A stretch of 64,000 nt of DNA from Schizochytrium sp. TIO01. Taxonomy: Eukaryota > Protista > Bigyra: Labyrinthulomycetes. A program made the position numbers and the translations under genes. Where the stretch lies: contig SMSO01000032.1 of assembly GCA_004764695.1 (NCBI GenBank), positions 6,914,483 to 6,978,482 of the forward strand, read 5' to 3'. The stretch's first letter is position 1. Each line of letters begins with the position of its first letter. The notes beneath the pieces were generated by a model, which saw nothing but the letters and a program-made list of their open reading frames with translations, was not told the DNA's origin and searched no databases. This document shows, in pieces, positions 56,262 through 64,000 of this stretch.

Positions 56262-56503
56262 GTGCTTAAACTCCATCATCCTCATCTTCTACTACCTTGA
56301 AGTAGCTCGCTTGAAGAGTCAGAGAATCTGGACTTAGCAGCGGTGCCAGTTAGTGAAAGGCTTGGCATTACCGTGGCGTACCTAGTTCGCCGGGTGCATC
56401 GTTGATTCCAGAATTCATTTAATCTTCATTCCTTGAATTTCAACCATTCTGGCACAGAAGCAGATAGAAAAAAAAAAGAGTGCTACACGACCTAGGAAAG
56501 AAT
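56262..56503 (-). repeat. Dispersed repeat, copy B (inverted relative to 43421-43657)
   Basis: See copy A. Confidence 0.9.
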
Positions 56504-57215
56504 TGACACTCTTTACATCCGATTGTGCGCTTTCGTTATCTCGAAAGCGGCAGATCAGAACTTTGTTTACTCTGATTTTGACAAGCTTCGAAGGGAGTTC
56601 ACGCCTTTCAATAGTAATTACTCGAGATTGCTTACAGAGTGTAATCGATTGGTCATAATCAACGACATACTTGCCTATGGAGTTCTCGAAATTCGTAGGT
56701 ATAGAGACCTTTCAAAGGGTGATCCTTCATCTTATACTATCCAGGTGGATCGTAGAAACTCAAAACGTCTTTTCGACCATAACAATACCCCTATGGTATG
56801 CAGCATTTCATCCGACATTACAATTTTTGAAGGTATATCAGTATTTAGTGTTGTTCGCACCGATATTCGAGGCCAAATCGATGATGATGATCTTGACTTT
56901 TCGAAGTTGTCCTTCCTCGTGTGTCTTTCATTTCATCTACCCAAGAATCGTAGCATCCAAGAGCTCATAGAAGATCTTAACTATTCTTTGGACAAGAACA
57001 TGTTCAAGAAGCTTATCGATCTAAGGACGTGGTTTATCTTTGATGTGGCATACTTCCACAAGTGCCACAAGAATGAACTTCTCGCGGAGTTCAATGAAAA
57101 ATTGACGGAAAACTTCGCAAGTCAACCTAATTTCATTGGTTACTACCTAACACCCATCGGTCAGACTATGCAGTTCCAGAGCACGTACAAGCACCAACCC
57201 CGCTCATCGCACTAA
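56496..57215 (+). CDS. Orphan open frame (~240 codons) lacking a proper ATG start; possibly a 5'-disrupted gene or mobile-element cargo
   Basis: Frame open from the TAG at 56493-56495 to the TAA ending 57215; globular-looking F/I/L/D/N-rich composition; no motif recognised. Confidence 0.45.
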   Translation, partial: ERIDTLYIRLCAFVISKAADQNFVYSDFDKLRREFTPFNSNYSRLLTECNRLVIINDILAYGVLEIRRYRDLSKGDPSSYTIQVDRRNSKRLFDHNNTPMVCSISSDITIFEGISVFSVVRTDIRGQIDDDDLDFSKLSFLVCLSFHLPKNRSIQELIEDLNYSLDKNMFKKLIDLRTWFIFDVAYFHKCHKNELLAEFNEKLTENFASQPNFIGYYLTPIGQTMQFQSTYKHQPRSSH

Positions 57216-60200
57216 GTTTGTGTAGTCAAATCACTCTATCCCACAATCTCTCGTCGCCTTTCTTTCCCTTTCTTTTCCTTTTTCTCAAAAAAAATAAAAA
57301 TGTTTTTGTTGCTTCTATCTCTGTTCTCTGTTATAGACACATAACACTATGTATGATCTCTTCCACATCGTGCCTCATATTGCAGCAACAAATCATTACT
57401 ATAAAGCTTTCAAATAATTACTGATTACAATGGATACGAATGAGACGTAGTTATGATTACTTAGAGGTAAATGGGTAAAAAAGAATGTCTTTTCATCTTT
57501 AAGTATCAGAGTTTTACAATTTTGCAGCATTTAGGTGTCACCTTGGCAGTAGGTACGTAGGTAGGGCGTTCTTGCGTGGTGCGCCGCCGGTTATGGCTGC
57601 AGGATGAGGTGTGGCGGTCTCCTCCCGGAGGTGAACTTGTAAGACGCTTCGTCAGCTGATAAGATCAGACGCCTTGTTCTGCCAATGCTTAACTTAGTAA
57701 GTAAGTAGGTACTGTTCACAGAAGCTTGGGCCCGCAGGCGAAAGCCAGAATTCAATAATGTAGGCCCCACGTTGACTCTTTTGCAAACGAAGGACCAGCC
57801 TGGATTTCCCACCCCAAGGCACGCGCCGCAAGATCCCGCCTTCGCCTCTCGCCGCACAATAAATCAGCTACGATGCAGGACGCAGTGCCGCTCTTCCCTA
57901 ATAATCCAGGCCTCCTTCCTACAGCTTTCGCGCATGCCAAGTGATAACGCAAGCAATCTACACAGGTCTTCTCGGCATTCATTCTGACGCAGGCGCCATC
58001 CCAGCGTTATCCAAGCGCGAGTTTTCATCGTCTCGCACATAACTAATGTGAAACCTAAGATTATCCTCGCTGGACCATGCAGTCAAAGCTTGGGAGGCCG
58101 CTTCGCTCCCGTGCGTCTTCGCTGCGAGAGCATTCCTGAAAGAAGAACAGCAGGCCGAGATCCTCCAGAGCGCGAGGCAAGAACCCGCCACAGCAATCCC
58201 AAAGTTGCTGTTATGCTGCTGTTATGCTCGCGGCAGCCTTCTATACCCAATAAACTCAGGCTTCAGATTTCATGTCTCCTCCGTATTGCACGCGCCGTGC
58301 CAATCAAACAAACACATCAACAAAGGGCCCCGAGAGGCCCAACATCGCCAAAACTTGAAGTTAGTTCTCCATCACAGGCGCCATCGAATCGCTGGCCTTC
58401 CTCGCCTCGAGGCAAGGAAGTAGGTGGGAAGACGTGCGGCCGCTGGCTTCTTTCGAGCAGAGTGCGTGCGCATGGCGGGTCCTCCCAAAACCATTCTGCA
58501 TTGATTTCTTTCTTCACGACCATATCACGACCATATCATATGCTCATCTTCGAAGCGCTTCCCCTCTTCCCACAACAGGGCGGCGCCATCTTAAGGGAAT
58601 CGGGCATCGCCCTCGTTCGGCGCACACCTTTGCAAGCATCCCGGCCTCGTGGTAGTACGTACCTAGCTTCTGATGACCTTGCTTGAAGAAGGGTTCGCAG
58701 ATACATACATGCGCGGATAATGAAGTCTCGAACCCTCGACGTTGTTCTCTGCCCCGGCCTTTGCCGTGCACGCAGTGCGTCTTGGAGCTTGCGGCCTCTT
58801 CGCCGGTGGTTCTCGCCCTCTTTGACCCGTGCTTTACATGCAAACATACATACATATATACAGACAGACAGGACCCCCACAACTCCTCAAACCGTGAGTG
58901 TTCTGTTCAATCGAGTGAACATTGAACAGTATTCGATTGAATATTGGACTCTATTTGAGCTACCTGGTAACTTGAAGAGTCCGGCGTCAAGTTCGCGCTT
59001 TTCACAGTTCGCGACGATCACGCGGCCCAAAGACCGCTGGAAACCACTTGATCTCTCGTTCTTCGGTCGCTCATGATGTCGCCAGCCCGGCCGACGCCCT
59101 CGCGTCCAGCTTGAAGTTCAACTTAAAGCCCAACTTGAAGCTCAATTGAAGTCCAACTTGAAGACTTCGGATACTAAGTGGAGATGAGCGATCAAGTGTA
59201 GGCAGAAAGTGGCACGTCTTATCTTGAAAATGTGTAAATAAAATGATGATCTCGTTTTCTACTACCCCCGCTCTCCGAACGACAAAGGCGTGGTTGGAGA
59301 TGAGTAAAGCAAGCCCCTCCACAGGCGGCCACCGCGGGGCCAGAGCAGGCGGAGGATTGGGCAAAGCGAGGCGCTTCTTCGAGCTGCGAAGAGCTTGAAG
59401 CTCGCTTTCCACGCTGCTGCGAGATCTCACTCATGACCCCGTGTCCCTTGTTCCTCACGTTCATGAGCTGTTTCTACTTCCTACCCTCGAGGGTAGCAGT
59501 CAATAGCTTCCAACTAAGGGCAAAAGCCAGGACTCGCCCAGGATACAGCGAGGCTCAGCGCACTGAGGACAGGGGCCTTCCTTCCCACTGGGCTTTCCTT
59601 CCTCTCTTCTCCCTTCTTCTCGCAGCACTTCCTTCCTCATAGATGTGATAAGTTTTCTCATCACAATTTTCAATTCGTTTGTTTGTTTGTTTTTGAAGTT
59701 TTGGTTTTACTCGATTAATTTGAATTTGAAGTAGAAGCTGAAAAGAAGATGGGAAAGAGAGACCATCTGATAATGCAGGCGTGCTATTGAGATCATCCGT
59801 AGCACAACGAACCTCCTTCTTCAGGTTATCCGTTGCTCTCCTCGCTCTGCATTGATTCTGACTTGGAGAATCAGTCGAATCTCGACGAAGAAACGAAAAG
59901 CCTGAGCCGAGAAGCAGCTAGCAGCTATTCATTTACATCGATCTCTTCGACGGCTAGCTAGTTCGCCTTTGGGCGATGGCGAGTCGACGGTTCGACGGAC
60001 CCGAGAGCGGCGATGGTTGCGCCAACCAACAGCAGGCACAGCCAGCGATAGCGAAGAAGAGAACGCCGTCGCCAAGAACCACGACGACAAGCACAGCGAC
60101 CTGGCCTCGACGAAGATGAAGCCCGGCATCTTCGACCCCTGTTTCAAAATTGACAAGAGCGAATTTGGCAGCAGCTCTGCGCGAACAGGCTCAAACAAGT

Positions 60201-60291
60201 TGCCAACGGGGTTGGCGCTCTCGAACTTCGAGCTGCGCCACGATCTCGTGTGCCGCAGCCAAGGCTGAACTCGTGCAGGACCATCTCGATT

Positions 60292-60340
60292 CTGCTGCTG
60301 CTGCTGCTGCTGCTGCTGGTGGTGCTGCTGCTGCTGCTGT

Positions 60341-60381
<41 letters not shown>
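60292..60381. repeat. Interrupted (CTG/CAG)n trinucleotide repeat
   Basis: Read directly; poly-Q on the minus strand, but the host ORF is unconvincing. Confidence 0.9.
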
Positions 60382-61424
60382 GTTCGCAGAGCGGCGCCCT
60401 TCGTGGCGCAGAGCTTGACTTGGAGGGATGCTGGATGACTTCGTTCGTCTCAAGTTGCCTGCGCCATGGTCGCTCGCGCTGGAGGCAGAGGCAGGCAGAG
60501 GCAGGAGGCCTTTGGAGCTGCGAACGCGCCAAGGTTGCACCTCTTGGCGAGCTGGTTGAGCTGGTTGAGGCGGAAGCTGTTGCGTCAACTTGAACTGAGG
60601 CCCACAACAAATCAAGGCCACGAATCAGCCCAGTCTACCCGTGGCTGATCGGGAAGCTCGCCGCGCTCGCGTTGCTCAAGAACAGCGGCGCCGTGGCGGT
60701 CGGAGAAGGGATCGAGAGCTGGGATGAATTGATGGGAGGCGCAGCGATGAGGCAGGGAGCCAGCGATGCAGTCGTGGTCGCCAACGATGGAAGCGAAGAG
60801 AGCGAGAGCGCTTGAAGACGAACCTCGAAGAAGATGAGCCTGGCACGAGTGAGCTTCATCTAATTCTCTTTGGTCTGCTCCCGCCGCACATTGCGCCTGT
60901 GGAATTTTGTGGCAATTTCGAAGAAGCCAATTCATTCCTCGACGTTGGCGGGAGTCAAGAAGGCTTCGAGGTAAGTTCTTCCGACGCTGTTCTCTGAGGC
61001 TTCGATCGAGGTCTTCGGGATCTTGCTCGCTGGTCCATTGCTCCGCCGCGTCTGATTCCTCGAAGCCATCGAGGGAGCGAAGGATTGAGTCTTCGAGGAT
61101 CCTCAAAAGGAAAGGATCACTGATGATGATGTGCTGGTTGGTCTTCAGCCACCATTTCGTACCTACCAGTGTGCCGCTACCGATTCGATCCTTCTGAAAC
61201 AACGCAAGATTTCACGGGGCCACTCTATTCATCCATCGCAATAACTTCAGCACTGTAGAGCACGCAGTCAGACCGTCAGAGATCCTCGAAGACTCCAAAT
61301 CACTTGGATTTGGCTCGAAGGCCACGCTTTCATCAACATTCTCTAAAGTGGGCTCCTAGATCTTTCGAGCTTTTGTTTGTCTCCACTGTGTTTGTTTGTT
61401 CTTTCAAGTTCTAGTTCTTCTTTC

Positions 61425-61448
61425 TTTCTTTTCTTCTTTCTTTCAAGC

Positions 61449-61526
<78 letters not shown>
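61425..61526. repeat. (TTTC)n microsatellite
   Basis: Read directly from the sequence. Confidence 0.95.
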
Positions 61527-61527
<1 letters not shown>

Positions 61528-62705
61528 CTGTGGACAGCACCTCGAGGGCTAAGGCCGCCTAGCACCTCCTACAGCGTTTCGTTAGACATTCGCCGAGCGT
61601 TCTCCTGCAGGTCCGAGCGGCTTTGGCTCTTTCTTGCCTAACTCACTACGATGCGAGGTTTCTCCTTTCGCAAGCTTTAAGTGGTCTACCAGCAGCCGTG
61701 GCCAGGGTCCCTCGGCCAGCGCTGGGCCGCGCTAACCCCGTCGGCTCGCTCCGTGCCGGTGTTTACGCGGCTGTTTGCAAACTGATTGATCGGGAGCGCA
61801 ATCAATCATCTGTTTCTAAGTTGCGACTTTTCAGGAGACAGCGAGAAATCCAAGCAATCATACATTTGTCTCGAATGTTGGCGCCTCATCAGTACTACTT
61901 TCTTCCACGTTCTTTTTATGACGTACGTTTATTATTCTATTATTGTTAAAACATAAAATTTAAAAATTATCATACTCGCTTTTAAAAAGTTAACCTTTTA
62001 AGAAATTAAAAATGGGAAGAGAACGAAGATCGCGATGTTCTCTGATTGGCGGCAGAAGACCTCGAGCTAGCAAGGAGAACTGGACGAGAGCAAGAGTAGT
62101 GCCGGCAGGCCTAGTAGTCTTTGGGGCGACTCGACAGATGCGATCATCGAAGGCTCTGTAAGCAGCGAGGAACCTGAAGGAAGCCGCCTACCTCGAGCAC
62201 AGCTTTCGAGGTACCCTCAATGCAAAGTTGGTTTAGCTCTTTTCTGCCATCCCGTTCCTGAGAACAGGAGTTCTTCCTTGCCTTGTAATTCGAGGAGTGA
62301 GAAGAAAAGAAGAGAAGAGGAACTGGCAGCAAGGCTAGTGCTGCCTAAGCTTTACTGTAGCACTGGGAGGAAGTTGCAGGAAGAAGGAAAGAGAAAGGAA
62401 AAGGAAGAGAAAGAGACAGCAGTGTGAGGGACAGACTCACTCACTCACTCAAAGAAAGTTAAAGCGTAACAAGACAAGAACTTCAGGCTTCTGGGCAGAT
62501 TGAAGGCGCTGAGAACAGGGTAAAGAGAAGAGAGTCCGGCAGAAAGACACACAGCTATACCTCAGTCTGGTGTACTCGAGCTTCGCCTCGACACTTAAAC
62601 CTCCTCTCACCCACCACCCTCAAGTGCTAACTCCATGAAGCCATGAGGGTTGGCGTGACTTTTATCTAGCTAGGCCTTTCTTTCAGCTTGAAACTTTATC
62701 GCTTT

Positions 62706-62706
62706 A

Positions 62707-62761
<55 letters not shown>

Positions 62762-62762
62762 C
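62706..62762. repeat. (TAAA)n microsatellite
   Basis: Read directly from the sequence. Confidence 0.95.
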
Positions 62763-63133
62763 AAAAGTTGGTAGGAAATAAAAGAGAAGCTCACAAGCAA
62801 GGAGTCTTAGTGGGCGGTTAGAAAAGGGTAGTGGAGGAGCCTAGCTCGAACTTTTGAGACTTGGAGAATTCGAACTTAGAACTTAGGTTTAAAACATTTT
62901 CTTTATCGTGCTTGACTTTTAATTTTAAAAGGGAGGAGACAGCTAGCTAGAAATTGAAAGAACCGTGACTTGGAGAGCTTTGGAGACCAAGCAAACCCGA
63001 AACTCGAGCAATCTCGAATTGAAGATAACACGAAAACCCCAACAAGCTAGGCTGAGCAAGGACAAGCGAAGCGAAACAAAGCGGAAGTTTAAGCAAGCAG
63101 TGAGTGCAGTAGATTACAAACACACCAGCAAAG

Positions 63134-64000
63134 ATGTTGGCGGAACAAAGCTCGACGCAAGCCCAACACCACCCTAATGCTAGCGATTATGAATACTGGC
63201 AAAAGGAGCAGGCGGCCAGCAACAACACCAGCAAGCAGGATATTCTCCACGGCGAGGTGGCTGAACAGCCGCACGAAACCAAAAATGCTGACCTCACTGA
63301 TATGAGCGACAATTCCAGCGTGATGAGCGGTGACCGCCGCACGTCTCAGGCTGAGAGTGTAATTGAGGAGGACAAACACACATCTCATGCGGATAGCGTC
63401 TCTTCCACACCGTTTACCGCGGAGACTGAGAGCGAACATAAGCCGTCGACAGCAACTGCAGAACTCCCCCACGAGGACCTCATTCAGGATGACGTACCCG
63501 CCAAAACTGAAGAACAGCGCGAACTCGATGTATCCTCCAAGCAACTCAAGCATGTGGGGGGCCTTGACAAGCTCAAGACTTGGCGCCAGAGACACTTCTG
63601 TGAGACGTTTACTGAGCCCACCGAGGAGGACAAGACAGAGTGGGAGAAGTTCTTGCGCATGCATCATCGTGTGCAGTTTGCCATCAAGGACAGAAACGAG
63701 GCCTTGAAGAAGTGCGCCAAGCTCCAGGAGGTTGCCAAGAACTTTGATAGGCGCTTTCGCCAAATCCCTAGCTCCGTCGTTGACGCCAACAAGCGCATCG
63801 ACACTGCCATCAAGGAGGCCAGCAGTTATACTTCGCTGAAGCACATCAACAACCGCGCCAAGGAAATTCGAGAGCTTCGTAAGGATACTCTCTACCACCG
63901 TGACGCCAAGGACCGTGCACGCCGCAAGAGCAACACTGCCGCTGCCGGTGGCCGTGGCGAGCCAGACAAGCGCGAGCTTGAGATGCGTAAGGAGGGCGAC
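63134..64000 (+). CDS. 5' part of a hypothetical protein running off the window (absent from the ORF track)
   Basis: ATG at 63134 (MLAEQSSTQAQHHP...) with no stop for 289 codons to the edge; G/C-ending codon bias; acidic disordered N-terminus followed by a helical region (WRQRHFCETF...EWEKFLRMHHRVQFAI). Confidence 0.8.
   Translation, partial: MLAEQSSTQAQHHPNASDYEYWQKEQAASNNTSKQDILHGEVAEQPHETKNADLTDMSDNSSVMSGDRRTSQAESVIEEDKHTSHADSVSSTPFTAETESEHKPSTATAELPHEDLIQDDVPAKTEEQRELDVSSKQLKHVGGLDKLKTWRQRHFCETFTEPTEEDKTEWEKFLRMHHRVQFAIKDRNEALKKCAKLQEVAKNFDRRFRQIPSSVVDANKRIDTAIKEASSYTSLKHINNRAKEIRELRKDTLYHRDAKDRARRKSNTAAAGGRGEPDKRELEMRKEGD

Noticed and set aside
59929-61202. Two overlapping minus-strand ORFs with poly-Q, a possible frameshifted gene
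   Set aside because: Non-ATG starts, no recognisable domain, and open frames explained by GC-rich and CTG-repeat sequence
63089-63898. 269-aa minus-strand ORF
   Set aside because: Antisense shadow of the + strand CDS starting at 63134
1-64000. Prokaryote-type systems (CRISPR arrays, operons), Fanzor/TnpB, intact transposase or RT, hammerhead ribozymes
   Set aside because: No repeat-spacer array and no RuvC, DDE or YxDD motifs seen; the CTGATGA sites checked lack the downstream GAAA core

Overview
Eukaryotic (protist) genomic DNA, not prokaryotic. It has mostly intron-less genes, a few GT-AG introns with CTAAC branch sites and long tetranucleotide microsatellites. This style is compatible with a stramenopile such as a thraustochytrid (inference only). 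About 17 protein-coding genes are supportable: a coiled-coil protein, an IQ+LRR protein, a Costars/ABRA-domain protein, a low-complexity+PH protein, AP-4 mu, Mog1, a small tail-anchored protein, a spliced chalcone-isomerase-fold protein, a spliced COX7C-like subunit, an EF-hand coiled-coil protein, a DPP4/8/9-type peptidase, a ricin-like/mucin type I membrane protein, a spliced Cys-rich GPI-type protein, an enoyl-CoA isomerase, a UBL tail-anchored protein, and a CDS that runs off the right edge. Gene-poor accessory tracts lie between them (about 6.3-14.2, 20.3-24.4, 40.7-49.2 and 56.1-63.1 kb). These tracts hold microsatellites, a decayed Crinkler-type REase+kinase gene, a possible non-LTR endonuclease relic, a 920-bp TA-flanked inverted-repeat element carrying an orphan ORF, and a ~240-bp repeat present twice in inverted orientation, one copy next to an orphan ORF. 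I found no rRNA, convincing tRNA, CRISPR array or intact transposase/RT. All family assignments come from motif recognition by eye; no searches were run.
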